Origin: the human T2T-CHM13v2.0 reference genome, Homo sapiens
NCBI RefSeq assembly: GCF_009914755.1
Contig: NC_060930.1
DNA: 64,000 nucleotides
Strand: one strand, 5' to 3'
Shown piece by piece: positions 1-13,846 of this stretch; position 1 is the stretch's first letter; each line of letters opens with the position of its first letter. The notes under the pieces were generated by a model. That model worked only from the letters and a program-made list of their open reading frames with translations. It had not been told where the DNA came from and made no database searches. The translations under genes were made by a program, and so were the position numbers.

Positions 1-1094
1 TACATATCCTATTTCGTTGCTTGTTTTTTTTTTTAAAATAAGACTGGCCACCTATAATTTCATTGTGTGGATAGCATAATTAATGTATATTATATATATT
101 TAAACATTTCTCTATTTAGAGAATATATACACATATATTATTTATATCCATTATTTATAGCTAAATTGCTTATTATTTTCCCTGTTACAAACAACACTAA
201 AGTAAACATTTTTATTCTTAAATCACTGATGTTAGTATTTGTATACAGTAGATCCTTACAAGTAGGATTCCTGATCTTTTTGAATTTTGGGCGTTGCTCT
301 CCTCCAAATTTGAAAAAGTTCATACTCCCAGTATTGAGATTTCGTCACACTCTTGACAATATTAAGTGTTACCAAATTTTTAAAATTTTCACTGAGGACA
401 TCTGCTTCCAGGAAACTGAAGTAGATGTATTTTTCTCTATTCTGACGGCTAAGTACCACTAAAAACCCTGGACATAATATATATTAAGCAAACATAAGAC
501 TCTGAAACCAGCCAGGGACTTTGGAATCTGAGGAACACATGGAATGATTCCATTTCAGTGTCAGTGAAGACCAAGTGAGGAAACTGAACTCCCATCCAGC
601 AGTAATAAGGTGGCCCTTCCTCTCCCGGCTAGGGTGGTATTAAATGAGGTCTAAGGGAGAGTCAAGACCATCACCTAGCAGTAACAAGGCCCCCTTCACT
701 GCACTGTCAGTGGAGACGATACAGAAAACAGAATTCCTACCCTTGTCTACCCCACCCTCAGGTGTCACTGGAGGACAAGCAGGGCACCTGGACTTTTACC
801 TCGGCCTGGAAGTAATAAGGTGGCTACCACTGGACCCTGCCAGAGGAGTGTTTGAGAAAGCTAGCTAAAACAGAAGTTTTAAATAGAACACACCATATCA
901 TGATACAAAAATGTTCAGGTTAAAATTAAAAATTATACCAAGAAACAAGAAGATCTCAAAGTGAATGAAAAAAGACAATCAATAGATGCCAACACTCACA
1001 TGACAGAGCTGCTCTAATTGTCTAACAAATATTTGAAAGCAGCCGTGATGAAAATGCTTCACTGAGGAGCTACAAATATGATTGAAACAAATGA

Positions 1095-1529
<435 letters not shown>

Positions 1530-2220
1530 TAAATAGTAATTTTAGAACTGAAACATATAATAACCAAAATATTAAGCTCAGTCGATGGGCTCAGTGGCAG
1601 AATGGAAGGGACAGAGAAAAGAATCTGTGAAGTAAAAGATAGGACAATATAAATTACCTATTCTAAAAAACAGAGAGAAAGTACACTGAAAAAAAAAATT
1701 AGAGCCTCAGAAATCTGTGGAATTATAACAAAAGACCTGTGGTTTGTGTCATCAGAGTCCCATAAAGAGAGAAAAAGAGGGCAGGAATACAAAAGTACTC
1801 AAAGATATAATGGCTGAAAACTTCCTAAATTTTCCAAGAAACATAAAACTACAGACTCAAGAATGTGAGTGAACCCAAAACAGAATAAACTCAAAGAAAT
1901 ACAAGCTGAGATATATTATTATTAAAATTCTGAAAACGAAAGACAATAAAAAATCTTTTTTTAACTATGCTTTTCCTTATGTGGGTAAACAACTTGAATA
2001 ACAATGTATTTCTCATCAGAAACAATGGAAACCAGAAAGAAGTCACATGATAATTTCTAGATGCTGCAAGAAAGAATTGTCAAGGCAGCATACTACACCC
2101 ATAAAACATTTCTTTCAGGAAAGAAAGGAGAAATAAAGACAATCCCAGATGAAGGAAAACTAGGAGAATTAAGTTTTAATTAGTAGTTTCCAGCAGACAT
2201 ACCCTTAAAAAATGGCGAAA

Positions 2221-2546
<326 letters not shown>

Positions 2547-3019
2547 TTAAGTAGAAAGAAAAATGACAAAAGAAGAAACTTTGGAACCTCGGGGAGAAAG
2601 AAAGAACAAGATAAGGAAAAATATAGATGAATACAATAGACTTTTATTCTCCTCTTGAGTTTTCTAAGTTATGTTTGAGTGTTGAATCAAAAATTTCTAA
2701 AACACTGTCAGATGTAATTCTAAATATATGTAGAGGAAATATTTAAGACTGACAATCATATTGCAGATGAAAAAGGGGAAATGCACATAAAGAGCAGTGA
2801 GATTTTTATACTTCACTTGAACTGGTGAAATAATACCAGTAGACAGTAACATGTAAGGTAATGCCTAGAGAAACCACCAATAAAATGATACAAAGAGATG
2901 CACCAAAAAGCACTATAGATAATAAAATAGAATTCTAAAAATATTCAAGTAAGCTACAGGAAGGCAGGGAAAAAAAACAAAAACAAAAAACTAGAATAAA
3001 CAAAAAAGTAAAATGACAA

Positions 3020-3175
3020 GTTGGGCATGGTGGCGTATGCCTCTAGTCCCAGCTATAATACTTGGGAGGCTGAGGCCGAATGATTGCTTGAGCCCAGGAG
3101 TTGGAGGTTTCAGTGAGACATGTTCATACAACTGCACTCCAGCCTGGGCAATAGAGTGAGACCCCATCTCTAAGA
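3020..3175 (+). mobile_element. Alu monomer (FAM/FRAM-like)
   Basis: Single diverged arm. Confidence 0.8.
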
Positions 3176-5474
3176 AATATTAAAAATTGAAAAACAAAAT
3201 GGCAGACTTAAGTTTGTTACATGCCAGTAATTACATTAATGTAAATAGTCTAAATATGTCAATTAAAAGACAGAGACTGCCACAGTGGATTTGAAAACAT
3301 GATCCAACTACATGCTGTCTACATGAAAATTTAAATAAAACAATACAGATAGGCTAAAAGTAAAAGGATGAAAAAAGACATAACTTGCGAATATTAATCA
3401 AAAAAGCAGAAGTGACTATAATTAATATATTAAAAATAGATTTTAGAGCAAAGAAATTCACCAGAGACAGAGAAGGATATTATATAATGATAAAATGGCA
3501 ATCCATCCAGAAAACATAGCTTAATCTTAAATGTATATAAACCAAAAAACAGGTCTAGAAAATATGTGAAGCAAAAACTGATAGAGCTGAAAGGATAAAT
3601 AGGCAATCTTTAATTACAGTTAAAGAATTCAACACTCCTCACTCAATAATTGACAGAAAAACTAGACAGAAAATAAGCAACGATATAGAAGAACCTCAAT
3701 AATAGGATGTATTCCACATTTATAAAATGCTCCACTCAACAACAGCAGAATACATGTGCTTTACAAGTGCGTATAAACATATACCAAGAAAGACCATATC
3801 CTGGATCTTATGACAAGTCTCTCAACATATTTAAAAGAGTTAAAATTATGTAGGTTATGTTCTTTGACCGCAACAGAATAAATAGAAATTAATAAATGAA
3901 AGATAACAGGAAAGTCATCAAACACTTGGAAATAAAATGAATGACTCTCTTCCAAATAACCTATAAGTCAAAGAGGAAGGAAAATAAAAAATACATTAAA
4001 CTGAATAAAAATAAGAATACAACATATGAATATTTGTGAAACACAGCTAAAACAGTGAGAAGAATATTTGTGCACTAAATTCATATTTTAGAAAATAGGA
4101 ATGGTCTGAAATCAATAACCTAAGCTCCTCCTCAAGAACCTAGGAAAAGAAGAACAAAATAAACTGACTGCAAGCAGAAAGAAGACAGTAATAAAGATAA
4201 AAGCAGAACTCAATAAAATTTAAATCAGAAAAATAAGCAAAAATCAATGAAACAAGGAGTTGATTCTTTGAAACAATACAATGAACAAACTTCTAGCAAG
4301 ACTGACAAAGTAAAAAAGAGAGAAGACACATTAAATAGAGAATACACCTATACCTGCAGAGCTCAAGGGGATAAAAAGGGGTTACTGGACACAACTCTAC
4401 AGACACATACATTTGACAACTTAGATGAAATGGTGAAAGACTGAATGATTTCCCTCCTATTATCAAAAACAAGGCAAGGATGTTAGTCATCACCACTTTC
4501 GTTCAATATTGGGCTAAAAGTTCTAGGCAGTGCAATAAGGCAAGAAAAAGAAATAAAAGTCATGCAGATTGGAAAAAAGTAAAACTGTCCCTTTTTACAT
4601 ATGACATGATTGTCTATGTAGAAAATCCCAATCTATAAACAAACAAAATCTCATAGAACAGAACTCATAAGAGAGTTCAGCAAGGTCACAGGATACAAAA
4701 TAAACACACAAAAGCCAATTATATTTCCATTTACTAGCAATAAACATGTAGACACTAAAATCAAAAATACAATATTTACAATTACTTATAAAAAATTAAG
4801 TGTAACTAACAGAACATGCACAGGACTTGTATGCCAAAAATTACAAAATGTTGATAAAAGAAATCAAAGATCTAAATAAATACAGAGACATACCACGTTC
4901 ATGGATTGGAAGATTCAATATCATATAGTAAAGATGTCAATTCTCTTCCAATTAATATATAGGCTTAAAACAAGTACTCTCAAAATACCAGCAAGATTTT
5001 GATAGATGTAGGCAAGATAATTTTAAAATTTACATGGAAAGGTACAGGATTAGAATAGCTAAAATCATTTTGAAATACATGAACAAAATGAGTGGAAGCA
5101 GTCTACCTGATTTTACAACCTACTTTACAGCTATGGCAATCAAGGCAGCATGGTACTAGCAGAGGGACAGACACATAAATCAATGGAGCTGGAATAGAGA
5201 ATCCCAAAATATACTAACACAAACATGTTCAACTGTTTTTTGACAATGGAGGAAAGATAGTCTTTTCAATGAAGGATGCTGGAGAAAATGGACGTTCACA
5301 GGCAGAAAGAAAAAAAAAGAACCTAGACTGAAGTTTTCTACTTTATACAAATTTAACTTAAAATGGATCATGTACTTAAATGTAAAATATAAGACCATAA
5401 CACTTTTTGAAAAAATAAAATAGGAGAAAAACTTTGTGATCTAAAGCCAGACAAAGAATTCTTAGACTTACATC

Positions 5475-5822
5475 TACTATAGACTGAATGTTTATGTCTT
5501 CTTAACATTTTTGTCTTGAAACCTAATCATCAGTGTTAAGAGGTGAGGCCTTTGGAAGGTGATTATGTCATAAGGGCAGAGCCCTTGTGAATAGAATTAG
5601 TGCATTTATAAAAGAAACCTCAGAGAGCATCCTCTTCCTTTCCAATATGTGAAAGCTCAGGGAAAAGACAACATCTACAAACCAGGAAGTGAGCCCTCAC
5701 CAGACACCAGATCTGCCAGTGACATGAAATTGGACTTCCCAGCTTCAAGAACTGCGAGAAATAAGTTTCTGTTAAGCCACCCAGTCTATGGTATTTTTGT
5801 TATAGCAACCTGAACAAAGATA
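5475..5822 (+). mobile_element. MaLR solo LTR (MST/MLT1A-like)
   Basis: tactatagactgaatgtt...ggtatttttgttatagcaacc termini. Confidence 0.8.
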
Positions 5823-5947
5823 ACACCAAAAGCATGAGCCATAAAAGGAAAAAATAATAAATTGGGCTTTATCAAAATTAAAACTTTTACCTTTTGAATG
5901 ACGCTGTGAAAAGGAAGAAAAGACATGCTATTGAGTGGAAGAGAATA

Positions 5948-6217
5948 AAGTTGATCCTTGAATAACAGGTTTGAACTACATGAGTCCACTCATACACATT
6001 TTTTTTTCAGTAAATACCACCAGCCCTCCATATCCACAACTAAACACAGTTAAAAAACACAATATTTGCAGGATGCCAAATCCTCAGATATGGAGGGTTG
6101 ATTTTTCATATCCAAGAGGTAGGTTCTGCAGGGCTACTGGGGGATTTGAGTATGCATGGACTTTTGGTATTGGGGATGGTCCTGGAACCAATCCCCACTA
6201 ATACTGATGGACAAATG
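5948..6217. mobile_element. Tigger2-family MITE (MER8-like)
   Basis: Degenerate TIRs aagttgatcc / ggacaaatg with TA flanks; cctggaaccaatcccc motif. Confidence 0.7.
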
Positions 6218-7108
6218 TACTTTCAGACCATATATCCAACAAAAGACTAGTATCTAGGATTTATAAAGAACTCTCAAATCTAAATAGTAAACAAACAATT
6301 CAATTCAAACACAGACATGAAGAGACATTTAACCAAAGAAGATATACAGATGGTAAATACGCACAAGAAGAGATATTCAACATTATTAGTCATTTGGGAA
6401 ATGCAAATTAAAACCACAATAAGGTGTCACTGCCTACCTCTCAGAATAGCTAAAGCATTATTTAAAAAAAAAAAAAGTAACATCAAATGCTGGTGAATAT
6501 GCAGAGAAATGGATCACTCACACATTGTTTTGGGGAATGTAAAATGGCACAGCCATTCTGGAAAAGTTTGGTAGCTTCCTCTAAAACTAAATATGCAATT
6601 ACCACGCACTGCCAGTCATTTATTTCAGAAGACAAAGACTTGTGTTCACACGAAAACCTGTACATGAATGCTTATGGAAGTTTTACTAATAATAGCTCCA
6701 AAAATGAAAATGCTACAACTATTTCAAAATTTAAAGTTTGTTTTTTAAAAGAGCGAAAAGGAGGTTCAGAAGTATTAAATAATTCATCTGAGGCTGCCCC
6801 ACTAACAGGATTAGAATTCAAACCTCATGGCTAAACAAACTGGCACATCTATTACTCCGCAGTAAAAAGGAATGAGCTATTAGTTCGCATAACGATCTGG
6901 ATGAATCTATAGAGAATTATCTAAGTGAAAAAGCCAATCCCAAAAGTTTACATAATGTATGATTCCATTACATAACATTCACAGACAAAGAAAGGGATGC
7001 TGTATTGGCTGAAGTAATTTGTCCTGATTATCAAGGGGAAATTGGGTTGCTACTATGCATAAAAGTAAAGAAGAATGTACAAGAGATACCCTAGTGCCAT
7101 CTCTTAGT

Positions 7109-7600
7109 ACAGCCAATTCTTGTTATTTGTGGTAGTTATGTTCCAAAACGCAGCTGCAAACACTGAATTAGCAAATACTGAACCATTGCTCCTAGGATGT
7201 GTGCTCATTCATATATGTTTCATATTTACGCAAGCATATCTCACATAGATTATAATCTTAACTCCTCAAAACAGTTGATCCTTGTAGATTCTATTTTCTT
7301 TATTTTACAAAGGTGAAAATGCTATTCAAAATTAAAATTTTGTTTTTTAAAAGAGTGAAAAAAAGGTTCAGAAGTGTAAAATAACTTGCATGAGGCTGCC
7401 CCACTATCAAGGTCGGACTTCAAACCTCATCTGACTGACCCTAAAGCTGGAGCTTCTTGCACTACACTGCACTGCCCCCTACTGGCTGCATCCTCCGGTC
7501 ATCGCTGTTTGAAAGCTGAGACAGGAAAGCAGAGCATTGTCTTGTTAATAACCTCAGCGGGAGACGTGCTCTGAATGTAGTTGACTCAATTTTTTCTCTG
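7109..7600 (+). mobile_element. MER47B/Tigger5-like DNA transposon
   Basis: cagccaattcttgttatttgtggtagttatgttc...gaacactgaattagcaaatactgaaccattgctcctagg start. Confidence 0.75.
7470..7487 (-). promoter_or_regulatory. Candidate CTCF site in MER47B
   Basis: Minus strand GCCAGTAGGGGGCAGT. Confidence 0.55.
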
Positions 7601-7629
7601 CTCTGTGTATGTCCCTTGAATGACCAAGA

Positions 7630-8145
7630 AACCCTGCATTTCAGACTTGCCTAGCCAGCACCCACAATCACATAAGCCGATTCCTCGCAGTAAATTTCTT
7701 AAAATATGTATTTCTCCTACTGGTTCTGCTTCTCTGGTTGAAACGTGACTGATATACAATGGAAAAGGGAAGTAAAGCTCCAGATGGAACTTACTAATTA
7801 GCTGTAGCTGACTTGAAGACAGTGCAATTGTCATTGATTGTCCAGGTGGGCCCAATTCAATCACAAGGGTCTTTCACTGTGGAAGAGGCAGGCAGAAGAG
7901 TCTTTAAAGATAGAAAGAGACCCCAGGCCAAAATGCTGGTAGCCTGTAGTATGTGGAAAAGACAAGGAAATAGATTCTTTGTTAGAGCTGTCAGGAAGAA
8001 TGCAATCCTGCTGTATCTTGATTTTAGCCCAAGGAAACCAATTTAAAACTTCTGACCTCCAAAACTGTAAAATAATAAATTTGTGTTCTTTTAAGCTACT
8101 TAATTTGTGGGAATTGGTTAGAGCAGCAATGGAACTAATAAACCA
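7630..8145 (+). mobile_element. MLT2 LTR 3' end followed by MLT1-type LTR
   Basis: cctactggttctgcttctctgg...ctgataca end; aactgtaaaataataaatttgtgttc...gcagcaat end. Confidence 0.65.
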
Positions 8146-8759
8146 AAGCTATGAAAGCTGTCTTAAAATTTTCTTAGAATAAAAGAGTGAAAAAAACCCA
8201 TAAATCTAATGTATTAATATATATAAATGATTTATGTGTTTACATGAATATATGTTTCATTTACAAAAACATGTAAACATATAAATTTTGACACAAAAAT
8301 TATAACTAGTTTATGTTTTATAAAAGAAATTCAGAAAAAAATTACCATTGGGATTAGGCTTTATGTAAGAGAATGTTCACACTGAAGTTTTTGTTGTGAT
8401 AGTACACTATAACAGATGTAAGATTCAAGACAGAACCCCTTATGAATAATTTGTAAAGAAACTGGTCCAAAAATGGCTTCATGACCCTTGAACTCCTCAA
8501 CCAAATCAAGAATAAAAAGGGAGAGGTAAGTGTGGGGAGAAAGAAGATTTTTGTGAGAAGAATATCTTTGAAAGAAGATATTGTATGTGGTATGGCGCTG
8601 AGCTGCGAGCCCCATTTCACTCCTATCTCAAGGGGGAAGGAGAGACCTGCCATTTCCTGGGGTGGGAGAGATTTCCCAGGGATGATTCCTGCCTGAGGCC
8701 ACAGAGGCTCAATTCCTTTGTAGCAGAGCCAGGAGAGGAAAACTGTGCTGGGATCTATG

Positions 8760-9090
8760 GTCATGTGCCAAATAGCGACGTTTCAGTCAATGATACACCA
8801 CATATATAACAGTGATCCCTCAAGATTATAATACCATATATTTATGGTAACTTTTCTATGTTTACATACACAAATATATAAAATATATAAATCATGTTAC
8901 ATTTACATCATGTTACAATTGCCTACAGAATTCAGTACAGTAACATGCCATACAGGTTTGTGGCCTAGGAGCAATATATACCATATAGCCTAGGTGTGTA
9001 GTAGGCTATACCATCTAGGTTTGTGTAAGTACACCCTATGATGTTAACACAATGGCAAAATCACCTAACAACACATTTCTCAGAAGCTGT
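8760..9090. mobile_element. Tigger3a/MER7-like DNA transposon
   Basis: cagtacagtaacatgc...gcctaggtgtgtagtaggctatacc motif. Confidence 0.8.
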
Positions 9091-9720
9091 CATCCACAAG
9101 AGAGCAAGCTGGCACCAGGTCGGCTTGGCCCCAGTCCAAGCAGAACACTTGGGGAGGCAGAAGAACCCAAGCAGAAAGTTAAAGCCCACAGACAGAGTCT
9201 CAGGGGGCCACATGAAGTGGAGATGCATCTGTCTGGGGCAAGGGACAGTTCCCATAAGGAAAAGGTTGGCTCTAAACATCTGCAGATCCAGAATACATGG
9301 AGCCAAATAATAATGATACCCTGTTCTAGTAAGATACTTCCTTTCCCCTTACGAGTCTCCAAACTCACCCCTTCCTGTTTCAACTTTTGGTGGTCAGAAA
9401 CTGGCAAGATTAGTGGTAGAGGAAGAGAAAAAAAAGGAGAGAGACTAAGATGAAGCCAGCTAATGCCCTTTTCCCACTTCCAGCCTCAGGCAAATCTGTG
9501 CTGGCAAGCTGAGGTTTAACACAAATAGTTCAGAGTTTCTATTAATATCTTGAATTGGACTTCATAATTACTGAATTGAAACTCTATGACACTTAGAATT
9601 GTCTACTAAGAATTAGCACAAAAAGTATGGGACCTGCCAAATTTTCATTCAGGGGAATAATAATAACTTCCCCCACTGAACCCTTTTTAAAGAGGCAATA
9701 GGAGAATAGATAAATAAATA

Positions 9721-9875
9721 GGACTGGGCATGATGGTCCATGCCAGTAATCCAAGCATTGTGAGAGGCTGAGATGGGAGGATTGCTTGAGCCCGGGAGTT
9801 CAAGACCAGCCTGGGCAACATAGTGAGACCTCCACCCCCGTCTCTACCAAAAAACAAAATTAGCTAGGTGTGTTT
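9721..9875 (+). mobile_element. Alu left arm (AluJ/FLAM)
   Basis: Monomer with gagttcaagaccagcctgggcaacatag. Confidence 0.85.
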
Positions 9876-10885
9876 CTAAATAAATAGATAAATAAAGTTT
9901 TGGGATTACATCATCCTAGCAGTTATATTTATTACAGGGACTTTCCATTCCTCACAGCACATTTCTGTCAGATTGGAAAATCAGCACTAACATGTTTCCC
10001 CTATGATCCCTGTTTCTGTTGCCACAAACTGGATACCACTTCAGTTATCAAAGTCTCCTCTCTTACATCCACCCATTCAGGATCTCACGTATTTTTCCTT
10101 TGCATTGTTTTGTACAACTATTCCTTCCTTTCCATTTCCTATCCTCGTGGCTCTATAGGTCCAAATTGCCTCATATCTTGGCTACTATAATAATTTTCTC
10201 ATTCGTGAATTTGGTTAGGTCTCAGAATCATGCCCCAATCCAATCTATTCTACACTGAAGCCAAATCTTCATGAAAACATGATACTCCTCGATATTTCTT
10301 TGCCTGGCATTCGAGGCCTTCCATGCTCTGACTTTACCTTCATCTCAATGTTATTCCTACTTTTTCCCCATCAAATATGTTCGTTGGATAAATGCTTAAA
10401 CCTCTGCATCTTTTCCTTCTGCCTGGAATATACCCATGATTGTGGCTATATTTCAGTTTTGTAAAATTCCATCCTTCCTTCAAGGTCCAACTCAAATGCC
10501 ATCTCCTCCATGAAGGCTCTCCCAATCACCTTACCAAGAAGGTGTAAGCTGCCGTGTGAGTGAGATGGATTCTAGGATGGTACAGAATCAGTTCATTAAA
10601 CCAACTCATAACTGGAAGAGGCATAACATTTGCAGGCTCCTATCAATATTGATTTGACCATTCACTGAAATTTATACATCTGAGCCAAGGATAGATTAAT
10701 AAAAGGGACGTGACTCACACAAAGAACCAAAATCTCCATTATGTATTCAAAATTTCCCAGAAAGATATGAGGGACAAAGGAAATTTGGTCACAAGAAAGC
10801 AGAATAGAGTTCTACCCTATTAATGGTAGACTAGAGTTCATTGGGTTTTTACAGAGGTTGGATGAATGACCCACCTTTGCAGTCA

Positions 10886-11278
<393 letters not shown>

Positions 11279-11763
11279 TTAACTATAAAGGGAGAACCCT
11301 AGGGATGAGTGAATATACCCAGCGAGGGAACAAAGTTGGAAAAGAGGGCCCCTTCCCAAAGGTAGGATTCAGACCTCACTGGAGAAGTTCACTGGAGAGA
11401 GGAGAGGTTCCTGAGTTGATTGAGGCCATAACTGTCCCACAGCTGGTCTGAGCAAAGGCTGGCAAACTAGAATTTCAGCTAGAGCTCGCAAGCAGGAAAC
11501 TGCCTATTGGGGTGCAGGCTGGCAGAGGCTGGCAAGCTGGGAACCATGGCTGGGAATTACTGGGAAACTGCCCTCTAGGGTTTAAGGGGAAAGCCACCCA
11601 CAAAAGGTGCCACACCTAGGAAGTCGCTGTAAAGCCACCTGAGGAGACGATGGATGGAGATCTCCACAAGGGAGTGGCTGTGTTCTGGCCACCAGATGCT
11701 GCTGGAGGCCACACCTGCTGCAGGAGCATGGTCTGCAGGAGCCTGCTAGGAGGAGCACAGTGG

Positions 11764-12098
11764 GTGAGGCGGTGGCTCATGCCTGTAATCCCAGCACTCT
11801 GGGAGGTCGAGGCAGGCGGATCACTTGTGGTCAGGAGTTCGAGACCAGCCTGGCCAACATGGTGAAATGCTGTCTGTATTAAAAATACAAAAATTACCCG
11901 GGCATGGTGGCAGGCATCTGTAGTCCCAGCTACTCGGGAGGCAGAGGCACTAGAATCACTTGAACCCGGGAGGTGGAGGTTGCGGGGGGCCGGGATTGCA
12001 CCACTGTTCTCCAGCCCTGGGGACAGAGCCAGACTCTGTCTCGAAAATATAAAATAAAATAAAATATAAAATAAAATAAAATAATAGAAAAGTAAAAT
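11764..12098 (+). mobile_element. Alu (AluS) with (AAAAT)n tail
   Basis: Full dimer flanked by a 22-bp direct repeat. Confidence 0.95.
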
Positions 12099-12162
12099 CC
12101 TGCTAGGAGGGGCACAGTGGATGAATTCGAAAGAGGAAACACTTCTCCTTACAGTGTCCCTC

Positions 12163-12178
12163 CAGCGCCCTCTACTGA
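12163..12178 (-). promoter_or_regulatory. Candidate CTCF site in LTR41
   Basis: Minus strand TCAGTAGAGGGCGCTG. Confidence 0.55.
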
Positions 12179-12509
12179 TAAAGTTTAGCATCGTGCCAGC
12201 TGCAAAGGAGAGATGCTGGTAGAGACTGGCTCCAGAACAGTGGGTTTCCAGCTGAACAGGCAACCAGGAGTGGATTTGGAGCTGAGAGACAACAAATTGA
12301 TAACTGGAACACTGCCAAATCATTTCCTCCTATATTCTTCTTTTTCCATTCATAAGTCAAAATGGATTTGTTAGTCCATTCCCAAATTCCTAAATCCCAG
12401 GGTTTCTCTAGACACCACCATCAAAGAATTCCAAGGTAATAAAATAAACTTATTGAGGCTTGCTCTAGGATAGGTGTTTACATACATTATCTCCCTGCTG
12501 CAGTGGTAA

Positions 12510-12858
<349 letters not shown>

Positions 12859-13459
12859 GTTATTCTTACTTTACAATATGAGAAAACTGAAGTTCAAGAA
12901 CTCACAACTAGTAAGTGATGAATCTAAAACTCTGAATGTAAGATCATTTGACTAGAATATTGGTGCTCTAGTCACTAACTCAGGACGAACTTTTCACAAA
13001 GGGACTAATTTTTTGATGTGATGTGCTAAGAAATTCCAAGTTCTAAGCTGAAAATGTGGTGCCTCAACTAAGGTCCTGCCTTTGAGAAATCCTGCAGGCA
13101 TTCAACTATTGCTTTTTGGATGACACATATTTTTTGTAAATGTCTAAAAAATGCAATAGAAGTTAAGCTTTTCTCTTTAACTTTCATTGTGAGTGTGCTC
13201 AGAATCTAGCTGTATTCACATCTCTAGTTCTGGGTGATTCTATTAGCCTAGCATTTATGGAGTGCTGAGTAAATGCTAGACACTGTGCTAAGTGCTCTGC
13301 ATGGCTTTACCTCTATAATCCTTGCCACAACCCAGAGGACAGGCTATTTTCCAGATGAGGAAACTGAAGACGGGAGGGGTTCAATAACTTCACCAAAGTC
13401 ATCATCTAAGCGGTGACACTGGTATTTTAGTCCAAATAAGTCTTACTCCAGGACTCAAC

Positions 13460-13846
<387 letters not shown>

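Noticed and set aside
11616-12323. 235-aa ORF and the many similar Alu-derived ORFs in the track
   Set aside because: Translations of Alu or LTR sequence ([14 protein letters not shown] motif), not genes.
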